Origin: Magallana gigas
Lineage: Eukaryota
Direction of reading: 5' to 3'
Assembly (NCBI RefSeq): GCF_963853765.1
Contig: NC_088855.1
Coordinates: 50,902,001-50,966,000 of the forward strand
DNA length: 64,000 nucleotides
Made by a program: the position numbers and the translations under genes. The notes under the pieces are model-generated. The model was not told the origin of the DNA. It worked only from the letters and a program-made list of their open reading frames with translations, and did not search any database. Below are positions 1-10,886 of the stretch, in pieces; positions within the stretch are counted from its first letter, which is position 1; the number at the start of each line of letters is the position of its first letter.

Positions 1-379
1 TGTTCATGTTTCAATTTACGTGAAAAAAAATTTATAATACTACTAATAGTGGATTCGATCCAGCGACTACAAAATCAAAAAGACCTCCGCGTTACCACTA
101 GGCCACACATCTAACATTTTCAGCAGATGCAATTCAATATATATGGCTATATACATGATTGTACAAGAAATGACACTAGTTGAATTATTTGTCTGATTAC
201 ACAATTTGTATGATTGTGTAATTTGCGTTTTTTTGAATATATCTAAACTAAATATTGTATAATATTGAAAATATCTGATGTTTGCAAAAGGCTATAGGCC
301 TATTTGAGACCAAGTCGTATATTAAGTGCGCTATACTTCTTTCTCAAAAATTTTCAATAATTCCTAATTGCAAAACTTT

Positions 380-525
380 GTATACTCTTTGCCGAAGGGT
401 GATTTGTGCCAAGTTTGGTTAAAATTGGCTCAGTGGTTGTGTAGAAGATGTAGAAAATGTGAAAAGTTTACGGACAGACGGACGACAGACAAAATGTGAA
501 CAGAAAAGCTCACTTGAGCTTTTAG
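380..525 (+). mobile_element. Helentron/HINE-like non-autonomous element, right-end fragment
   Basis: An ACGG/ACAG microsatellite (acggacagacggacgacagac) is followed by the hairpin aaaagctcacttgagctttt. The same family occurs in reverse orientation at about 38808-38880. Boundaries are approximate. Confidence 0.5.
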
Positions 526-665
526 ATAACAATCAACTGCTGAAAAACTGTTGAAAGAGGTTGAATAAATTAATCTACAACATTTCAAATCATCGTTGGA
601 AAAGATGAATGAAAATTATTACTGAACTTCCTTTTGGTAATGAAAGAATTCTTTATCATACTTAC

Positions 666-2570
666 ATGGTGAAGCCAAGCTGTAAACTCGGCACCTGTGA
701 CCGTGTTGTCATCTGAAAATTAAATGAAAACTTTGTCAGATTGATTAATAAAGTGTACGAATTTTTAATACGCCTTTATACATGTTTATCAGCTTTGATA
801 CTAAAAACGCATTGCAATTGGGTGATGCTCTATAAATAACAAGGAAAAATTTTGTCATGAATTTCCCTTAAAAAGAGACTATAGAATACATTATATGAAA
901 TGATTGAGTCTTCTTTATTTCTATGAGAGGGTGGTGGTGATTATTGTTGTTGGGTGGGGGAGGGGGGAGGGGTAATGTATCTCACTGTTTGTGTCCATGG
1001 CCATGTGGTGCATTCCGAGGTCGTCCTTCTTCAAGCAGCCGTCAGTAGTGATGTCCAAATGATGGAACATTCCTTCGGATGCGTGGTGGTCGTCATGGTA
1101 ATCTAAATTCCACTGATGTGTGAATTCGTGCATGGTGACACAACCATCACCTATAAAAGGGGTTCGAGAAAAAAAAGGTCAGCTTATTACGTCATCCCAA
1201 AGGAAATCACCACGCAAGTTCAACTGTGAAAAACACATTGATGGTTTTCATATAATGTATGACAACTCTTTTTGAATGTTTTTATGTATCAGTAGCTAAA
1301 CAATTGTTTACGATGAGTCAGTCAAAAAACAAATTGCCATTTATAAATAGAAATTTGTAATTATTACATACTCTTATAATTATTTTTGCAATGATTCCAA
1401 ATCCTCGTAACCATTAAAAAACAGTTTATTCAATTATTCATATAAAACGCGCAATATATCAAAGGTAAATTCACAAAAAATATATAGTTAAATATTGCTT
1501 TTAAAAGTAGGCTTTAACAGATTTTAAAAATGTATATCAATAAGCGGATACATGTATATTCATCCGAACTGGTGAGGTCTTGACTCGACTTAGTCAGTGG
1601 TTATATGAACACGATCACATTTCTAAGGTGTTATACAGAAGAGGTGTTCTTGGTAATCTATGGAAATCTTCAGTGCTTATCTGCGCTTACCGTCATGATC
1701 GTAGTTAGTGACGAACTCTGTGTCAATTTCTTCCACTGTTATGTTGCCATCTGCGTTTTTGTCCATGTTTCCAATGATCATCGTCGATATTTGGTCTAGA
1801 GTCAATCCATGATGATTGGCCCTTTAACATGCACAACAAAGACATATAAACAGATCTGTTGAAATCGTCGGAACATATACATTACGCCATTTTAATTATC
1901 TTTGCTCAAAGGATTGCATTTTTGTATCGAAGAATTTTATTAATTACTCATTTAAAGATGGATAACTCTGCAAAAAAAGAAGTTTGTTTCCAAAATCGTT
2001 GAAGACACGATGAGAGTAATGAATAGCAATGCGTTTTGTAAACAAGAAATGCAATCGACTGTGACAGAAACACAATCGTATACGTTCAAAATGTGTTTTC
2101 TTTGATTCAAGAATTAGTCACTCAGCTCAACATGCAAAAACGGAGACGTTCTTGGAGTTTTACGAAACAACCCGAATATTCTAACTATATGATGTCTGCG
2201 ACTAATATATTTTCACGGTTTGGTGTTTCTTTTATCCATATCGACACAATGACAAAAATATTTGCGAAAAACATTTTTTTATCAAAACCTTTTCCAATAT
2301 TTGCAATGCGAACTACCTATTAATTGGTAGTTAATACTACACTGCGGAACTTTCGTCAGAAGTGATATTATTTGTCAAAATCATATAAAGTGCTTGTTTT
2401 TTTCTATCGATGCCCTTGTCACCCTAATACGCATTCGTCCTAGAATCTGTTAATGAGATTCTCATCCCATTTCCAAAGTAATTTCCACTATAGGAGTGCT
2501 TATATTAGCACCTCTGAGATACTTACGCAAATACAATTCCAACGCACAATAATGGCAGCAAAAACTTCAT
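666..2570 (-). CDS. Secreted His-rich four-EF-hand calcium-binding protein (resembles molluscan secreted EF-hand / shell-matrix-type proteins); 3' terminal exon not located
   Basis: Minus-strand exons are 2570-2527 (MKFLLPLLCVGIVFA, signal peptide), 1821-1691, 1150-986 and 712-666. All junctions are GT-AG with consistent phases (2,1,1,0). EF loops are DKNADGNITVEE, DHDGDGCVTMHE, DITTDGCLKKDD and DTNNDNTVTGAE; 129 aa reconstructed. The last exon may be the short exon near 520-550 or lie outside the window. Confidence 0.85.
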
Positions 2571-3880
2571 TCTATCCTAATAAAGCAAAGTTAAAATCTT
2601 AATACAAAAACATATACAATTTTTCCAAAATGAATACTAATTCATTACGTTTGTGAGAGTATTTTAGATGATTTTGATATTTAAAATTTTGCAACAAAAG
2701 GAAGCGAACATTGTACAAACCTGTCCGTTTCTGAAGACAAACTTTAAGATTGTAATCAAAGGGTTCCTGTACTGCAGTGGGTGACCTATCTAGACACAGA
2801 CTATCTTTTACGTCATAGTTCTATAACCTCGTCAATCCCCACTTAGATAGAAGACATGCACAGCCACATCAAAGAACACGTGGGTTTGGAATATTGTGCA
2901 CAGATGCCAATTTATTTGGAATGATATGCATCCAAAACGCTAGAATGGTCTGCAAACATAAATTATTCCATAAGTAAAAACTATACTTTTACAAACGTAG
3001 AAAATACACGCTATTTAACTTGCATATCGTCGCATGATATTTTATACCTCTAAAACGTATCTCTAAAATATGAGCTATACTGGATACTAAATTCTCTTCA
3101 GAACTGAAAAATAAACAGGACATGTGTACCAGTAAACTCAATGCCTGCATATTGTACACATTTTTTTAGTGGATTCGTTTTGGTTTATGGTACCTATTTG
3201 ATGTATACAAAAGTATGACTATTTGTTGTATATACCTCTGTTGGAATCGATGGTGGTGTTTCACAGGGATCATTGTTAAGGCCTGTTATATTCAACCAGA
3301 GACAAACTGTAAGGTTTTTAACGTGTTAGCTCTGCGAAACAGTTCTCTCCAGCAGAAATAATTCATTATTCCACACCCAATCGATCGCCAATAATACATA
3401 GTTTATTGTTTTCATTTCGCTTTTATAATAAGAGTAACATGGACATCCTGCTTTGTCCTGAAAGTCTTAATCCTCACATAACATGGGAAACAACCAGTAT
3501 CCCTTGATAACCAAATAACCCCTAAGAGTTGAAAAGGTTTGCCTTTAACATGCCATTCATTAGTCGCATAGTAGGAGCACGCCCAGTCAAATAAAATTAC
3601 AAAGATCGAATCAACTCACTGGGATATTAGCATTACCGTACAATAAGTAATGAACATAGCAGTTACTAAACTGTAATTATCTTGTAGGCTATTAAATATG
3701 AAGTGAGCAATATGTTAACTGACAGGTGCTTTTTAATGTAGACACATTAACCTTCGCTCCATGAGCACACAGTTGATTATTTTTTTATCGATCAAACAAA
3801 ATCTTCTATTTTAATGATATGATTTTATTTATTATGAGATTTTATTTTATTTGCTTACGATGTAGTACACACATTTCAGT

Positions 3881-3922
3881 ACAGAGAACTAGCAAACAGA
3901 AACAGAGAACTAGCAAACAGAA
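3881..3922. repeat. 21-bp tandem duplication
   Basis: acagagaactagcaaacagaa occurs twice in tandem. Confidence 0.8.
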
Positions 3923-6012
3923 GTTTTCTGTGACTGAAAAAGTCGTCATCGGAAACTGACGATCAGTCTAGGCCAAACTTACTAAACTTTCCTCTCAGTT
4001 TTTATGAATATTTATGTCCTATTTGAATTAATTATTGAATTCACCAAGCTAAACCAGCACTATACATTATATTTGCTTGAAAGACACAGAGCCTGGCAAC
4101 ATTCAGGAATTATGAAATAGAACTTAATTTTTGTGGGGTAACTGGGGAGCCGACCAGTGTGCCAGTTTAACTACCCATGTAGGGACACACTGTGGGCCCG
4201 AGTATGAGACATCAGTGTCCGAACCTGAACGATCCCCAGCGTTCTAAGGAGGGTAGTGAGACCTGCCCTTCTCAACCTGTCTCCTGCAGTGCTACCTGGT
4301 TTAGAACTTTGCATGACAAAGGCTACTTTATCAACCAATTATTACATGCACCAGCCTGTAGCATCCCCTCACTGGAGTGAGGTGGATGTGGCCCCACCTA
4401 TACCCAGTGTAGGCCCCACTATACAATAAACCCAATTTTACATTGTAACCACATGGCACAGTTAACTGTAATAACTTTGCCTTTTATAAACCATATTGAA
4501 TAATTTAATTTATATACTATCCCCTAGCTTTGAAAGCAAGTGGGGGGAGACACCTAGGTTTTGGAGCAGAAAGTGTCAACACATACCACTGCGGACTCCC
4601 CAGTCCGCGCCGCTAAACTTTCCTCTAAGTTTTTATGAATATTTATATCCTATTTGAATTGTTTTTCTAAATTATCGATAGATGGAAACCAAATAAACTA
4701 ATATATGTTTGTTAAAATGGAAAGAGTTTAGCTTTATCATTGGCGGATTAAAAATAATATATGTCTATGAATCCGAGGAACACCTACGGTCAATCAGAGT
4801 GTGAGATTCCGGTCGTGATTTTCGATGATTTGAAGTAGTATATTTCTTTTTGTTTCTGTTTCTTTTATCTGTGAATTTGTATTCCATGGTAAAGCCGTGG
4901 GTTTTAACTATTTTCCTCCATGAATATAATACGGGACTCAGAAGTGTAAAATTAAGATAAAAAATACATCTCAAATTGATAAACACATTTCACAAATGTG
5001 TCAAAGATTATAATGTATATATGGAAATCTTTATTTCTGCGAAAAGCCTTTTGGCGTTTTATGGATTCATACGAAGTAGTATTGTCAATATACAATAACG
5101 CGCTATAATGACTGGTTTTGTCATAAATTTATATTGTAAAATTGTGATTTATCACTTTAATTTTAAAAATATACCGGTGTAAATATTATAAATTTTTAAT
5201 CTAAGTAAAGAAGTTGCATTGTATAATCATTTCTAGAGCGAGTTTTTTTTATCCATATTAAACCATTTTTATAAAATAATCCATTGGCAATCATTGTGCT
5301 TTCCACGCAGATTCATCTTTTCGCAATAATCCAGAAATTCAACTGGATAATGATACATAATGCCTTGACCTTGGAACTCAATATCGACATGAAAAGAAAT
5401 CGAGTACTGAAATTTAAAAAAAAAAACCGATTATCTCGGAAAATTTGTGTTCATTATATATATTTTATTTTTAGCGTAATCTGCCACTTTGTGAAGATGT
5501 TTAAGAATTGTCATTGATTTGGAATGGGTACACTGTTTCATTTATAAAAACCGTAACAAAATTCTACATGCATATGCCAGGTAAGATTTTTCTTTTTCTT
5601 TGGCGACATGAAAAGCAAAATCAAATATAGGGTTATCGAAATAGTGTCATTTTTGTGTGTGTTAGTATACTATTAATGTTGGTTTTTTTAGCGCAGTTGA
5701 TACGTAGGACTTGTTTTCCAATGAGTATATAATGAGAACTGTTTGAATCTTTGAATTCTTAACTGACAATTTAATCTATGAAACGCTGTGATCAGTTAAA
5801 TAATAAGTATACTTCATATCATTTTACAACGAAATTGCGTCTTGTAATTTTGGCATGACCTAGTCGAATGCCACACAGATTTTAAACTGGAGACGGATAT
5901 CAGAATGACTAAACATGGTCCAAGCCATTCCCATTTCGCCAGCAACAGTGATTTATTCATTTGCATACAGAATCCATGATGTTTATGGCAATGATCCATC
6001 TGCTGATAAATG

Positions 6013-6128
6013 CCAATTGATCGGCATCCAATAGGAGCGCGTCCATCGTCGCGTCATCCATAGGTCTATATAAGACCTGTTCTCAATGAAAAGGAGGAGG
6101 CCACATATAAGTCTTGAGTAAGGTAGGT
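6013..6128 (+). promoter_or_regulatory. Putative core promoter and short non-coding first exon of the neuropeptide gene
   Basis: CCAAT at 6013 and 6028, CRE half-site gcgtca at 6051-6056, TATATAA at 6067-6073, and donor AG|gtaggt at 6122/6123. This lies upstream of the acceptor(s) at 6869/6976/7089. Confidence 0.5.
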
Positions 6129-6824
6129 CAAACTTATTTCTCTTTCATATGTTTTACCATTTTTGCGAGTAAATATATATGATTAGGCATTTTTTCATGT
6201 TCGTTACAGGTTTTTTTTTTTAGTATTTTAGCATAAATAATAGAAATATTGAACATTTCATGTTTAAAAAGTATAAGAAAGGACAGAACAATACTTGTTT
6301 TTTTTAATGTAAAACCGAAATTTTATATTAAAAAAGATGTGCTGTTCTGCACTTTTGGAAAAGTCTAAATCTTGGTTTCCCTGATGAGACCAGGAGGAAT
6401 CATTGGTTGTGATTGTGGATTTTCCTTTAATTAGGACTTGCAAATGAACTTGTTACCATATATATGAGTCCGGGCGATCTTTTGGAATTTGTTTCGATAA
6501 AACATCAAATGATGAGTATTTTGGTCCCAATCTAAATGCAGATTTCACTATCACCTTGGTCATTTGATTTTACAAATTGCCTTGTTTTGTGTGTTAATAG
6601 CATCTGACTTTTACATTACACGAACAAAAATTTATTTCTACAAAAGAAAAAAGCGTCATGCGCAATTAGGCCTCCATTCGGATCTTAATTCTATTTAGAC
6701 TGTATTTCATTTACGAACAAAAACCTATTTGAGAAATTTTTGCTACAAACAAATATCATATAGGATTTTATAATCAATATATCTACGGAAGTAAAATAGA
6801 TACAATCCATCTGCTTCAGCTGTG

Positions 6825-7146
6825 TCTATATTTGGTCCTGATTTATACATCAGAAATGTTTTATTACAGAAATGGCCGGGATTTTCCAAGGTTTTCTTCT
6901 ACTCCTCCTGTTTTACAATGTAGCATCCAGATCTATATTTGGTCTTGATATAGACAATAGAAATGTTTTATTACAGAAATGGCCGGGATTTTCCAAGGTT
7001 TTCTTCTACTCCTCCTGTTTTACAATGTAGCATCCAGATCTATATTTGGTCTTGATATAGACAATAGAAATGTTTATGTTTTATTACAGAAATGGCCGGG
7101 ATTTTCCAAAGTTCTCTTCTACTCCTCCTGTTTTTCAATGTAGCAT
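6825..7146 (+). repeat. Tandem triplication (107/113-bp unit) of intron 3' end plus 5' part of the signal-peptide exon
   Basis: ttattacag|aaATGGCCGGGATTTTCCAA recurs with ATGs at 6872, 6979 and 7092. Only the third copy continues to a donor (7179/7180). Confidence 0.95.
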
Positions 7147-9997
7147 CAACATCTATCCACGTGCAGCTTATACCCTCCGGTAAGTAATTGGTCACTGCAG
7201 CCCTGTTGTTACTTAGATAAAAGATAAAAGAAGTTTGTGCCAGGTGACTAGAAAGAAATGGTCGAGTCTCTTATTGTCAAATAAATATTGCAACAGAAAC
7301 TTAAATTGGGGATACGTGCAAAGAAAATATTTAATAATTTTATTTTGTTTAAATTTGATATTCAGAATTGTTCTATTGTTTTGGATCCTTAGCAAATCAC
7401 GAAATTTAAAATTACTAGTTTAATGAAGAAAACGTTCGCTTTAAAAATTACATGTATTCTAGTTAGATGTCCCATTGGTGAATTTTCAGTTTAAAATAAG
7501 TTTTAGACGATTTGGGTCTTTTATAATTTCAGATCAAATACAAACAAAAAACCAAATTCAACCAACAATGTAATTAGTTATGAGCAAATGTAATAGATTA
7601 ATGCTACTTGAGTTTAAACTAATATCGAGTGCTTGATAAAACTTTAAGAGAATTGATCTACTTTTCCATTAAAATCCTGTAAAACTAATGATGTCATCGG
7701 AACGGATGAATTTATATTGCTTATTATGCAATGGTACTTTCATTCCAATCGCGAGCGATTGGTTACTTAAAATTAATAAATTACAGCTGAAGTTTACTGT
7801 GTACCAAGAGGTCTTTCTGACTGGTACTAGTATTTGTTGGTCTTTTGATTTTAAATATGTGAAGAAAATGCGAACGTATGTGAGCTGTTTGTCCTAGAAT
7901 AAAGTTCTTTATAAGGATGAAATTGAGTACAGTGGTAAAAAAAAGTAATTTATCAACGGCATTGGCTGGTTCAGTATATAAAATATAATGGTCTTCCAGC
8001 ATCGTTTAAAAGTCAATTATAAGAAATAGTACATTTGGATAATAATACGATACCTGTTTATTTCAAAATACCATTTAACTCATTTAGTTCCTTAAACGTA
8101 CATTTGCTCTTTAGTACACCGCCAATCTAACGATTATCAAAGACTTGTTTAAACATTTATATACCGTAGGGATAGTCAATTCTTAACTGTGTTACTTCTG
8201 TCGACAGATTCCCAAGACAATAGAGCATATTTTTGTTGACTGTTGTTAAGTGAAAGAAAGGACAGGGGCGTAAAAGGCGTTGTATATCCCTTATCGGATG
8301 AGAAGTAAATCTCAGTCGACTTTTTAAACAAAAATTCTGTGGTTTTCTAAAAAATTATGATAAGATTTAAAAAAATAAATATTTAATACGATCTAGATAC
8401 GATCTGAATAACGATCAAAAATACTTAATGTTCATGTTCTGTACACACAATGTCGCATAAAAATGGCGCTAGCACAGATATGACATTATGCTGTAATGTT
8501 TAGAAATGAACTAATAAAACAAACGAGATAAGTACAAAGTATAAATATATATTTGTTAATTTGTCAGAGAATGATGTTTTATATTATACATGTACTGATG
8601 TACACTTTCAAATGTAAATTTCTTTTTATATGTATGTATGCCATTTCAACATTCTGGATGTGGGGGATTTGTCAGGCATTTATAGATGTTAAAAAAGTCA
8701 TCCTGGATTAAATGCGACATCTTTGAAGGTTTCCCTTCGTAATAAAATGTGACGACACAACACCGAAGCAAAAAATGTCAGAATGGCGGTCTCAGTTTTT
8801 TAAATTATTACAGTAACTGATTATTCATATTCTTTCTCGGTTTTTTTTTTAATATCTTTAATGCTGATCACCAAATGGTGTTTTTCCCTAATTTTTCTAG
8901 ATACCCCGATTGCTGGAAATGATGGAATGTACCATGTAGAAGCGAAGCGGCCATTTGGCGGCGTATACGGCAGACCATTCACGATGGGGAGGCGTTCTTC
9001 GGACTTCGGAAATTCCCACCTCGCGGCAAAAAGACCTTTCGGTAGAGTATTTGGAAGATCCTATAAATTAGGAAAACGAGATTTCGTGCCTCCAGAATCC
9101 CATCATATTACGGTGAAACGCCCATTTGGAAGAATATTTGGAAACTACAGAACAAATGTCCACGCTTCCACGCAAAAACAAACAAAACGTCCTTTTGGGT
9201 CTGTATATAGAATTTCATATAGTAAACGACCCTTTGGAGGGGTTTATGGTAATTCTTACAAGATAGGCAAACGATACGTTCTACCACAGGATGAACATAA
9301 CGAGGTGAAACGACCCTTTGGTAAAGTTTATGGTCGCTCATACAAATTTGGTAAGAGACCGTTTGGCCAAGTATATGGATCAAGGTACGGAAAAAGATCG
9401 GTCGGAAGCTTCGACGATGAAGCAGCGATAATCTTGGAAAACACGTCTCCATCAGAACACAATGGGCACGAGCTACTTGTAAAACGACCTTTTGGTAAAA
9501 TTTACGGGAAAAGATATGACGTTGACAAACGCCCTTTTGGTCAAATCTACAGCCCAAGACGTCCTTTTGGTAAGCGACCCTTCCCTGGTAGCGTCGACTT
9601 CCCGATGCTGAACAAGAGACCATTCGGTAAAATGTATGGGAGATCGTATAGACTAAAGAAAAGCCCATACAAAATATACACAGATGGGAAAGGTTCATTT
9701 GTAAACATTCCAGATTCTATCGTAGATGAGCCCGATAGCCTTGTACTTCCGGGTCCATCCGACCGGATTTCGAACCAGCCTTATCCGGCTTTCTTTGAGG
9801 ATCCAGGTCAAAAAGACGTAGTTTTTGTTGAGACAGGCGGATATGACGTGGACGTACCAGGTTCTGAAGGTCAAACAGAGGATCAGGATATGGGAGAAGT
9901 ATACACAGACAGTGATGGTGCTATGGAGGAGGACGAATCAGACGATGGAAATCTAGGGATTGAAGAGGACAGTGAGGAAGACAGCGAAGAAGAATAG
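7092..9997 (+). CDS. Multi-copy neuropeptide precursor (PFG...amide peptides; resembles bivalve PFGx7/8amide-type precursors), 394 aa
   Basis: Exon 7092-7179 encodes the signal peptide MAGIFQSSLLLLLFFNVASTSIHVQLIPS and ends G|gtaagt (phase 1). It joins acceptor tttttctag|AT at 8901, in frame with the 8861-9997 ORF. There are eleven (K/R)R-PFG units, several G-KR/G-RR amidation and cleavage sites, and an acidic C-terminal tail. The family name is recalled, not searched. Confidence 0.92.
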
Positions 9998-10824
9998 TGG
10001 TTTTATTCATCCATAAGACGGATATTATACGGAAAAAAAAATTAAAACAGATGACGAAGATCAATATTTTAGATAGGTGATTGAGGAAATTAACCTGAAA
10101 TCTTTTCAAGTCTAGATCTCGTTAAAATAGTTTGCTGTCTCATTCTGTTATGTCATGAATGAAGGACATCGGTGACATCAATTAAATTAAGAAGTTTTAT
10201 TTTCTCATCCCTAACTCTTATACGGAAAACTTTTCCGTATAAGAAGTACCACTATGTCTCATATTTTCAAAAATTTTGTTTCGGCTTATTCGATCAGAAA
10301 TGAACTGTCATACTTTTCAAAATGAAATGATTTATCATTTGTATTTTAGTACAAGACTTTTAAAGTAAAATTTCTCAGAGTGTGATTTATTTTCATATGT
10401 GTTCATTTAACTGTTGTTATATTTAATCATCGATCTTCGTAATTAAATGTACTAAATATTGGATGTTGCGTTTTTAAAAGTAAAGATTTGTTACGTCTAG
10501 TTATAGCATATTAATTCTACAACGATGGTACTCTGCAAATATAGAATTAATAAATTTAAAGAACTATTATTATGAATTATCTAGAAAATATCAAAAAATG
10601 TATATTGAATTTGATATGGATTAACAACAAAAAAGCTAGTCTCTTTATATCTTAATTTAATTTTTTTTTACTTTTTTTTTCATTTAAATCTACTCTGATA
10701 TGTTACAATTTATTTTTATCTGTAACAATAGATTTAAGTAAGCACCACGTGTTCATTAGTTTCATTTTGATGAACTTTCTAGTGTGTCTGCATGTCAAGT
10801 CTATCACCTCTCCATCGTCATTAG

Positions 10825-10886
10825 TGACGTCAGTTGCTTATAAATGATGTCTTTTGAAATCAATTAAGAAATACCAACCGGTGAGT
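10825..10886 (+). promoter_or_regulatory. Orphan CRE-TATA promoter with short exon and strong donor
   Basis: Perfect TGACGTCA at 10825-10832, TATAAA at 10839-10844, and CCG|gtgagt donor at 10880/10881. No downstream gene is firmly assigned. Confidence 0.35.

Noticed and set aside
921-1133. Stand-alone 70-aa His-rich ORF
   Set aside because: It is an internal exon (986-1150) of the EF-hand gene. The C-terminal SEIHYPSPLPH... part is intron read-through past the gtgag donor.
6391-6420. Hammerhead ribozyme (CTGATGAG-acca...tggt)
   Set aside because: There is no GAAA after the putative stem II.
8861-8900. ATG at 8861 as the neuropeptide start
   Set aside because: MLITKWCFSLIFL is a translated polypyrimidine tract. 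The true signal peptide exon is 7092-7179, with a phase-matched acceptor at 8900.
9108-9698. 196-aa antisense ORF
   Set aside because: It is a shadow of the repetitive precursor codons, with no recognisable motif or splice support.
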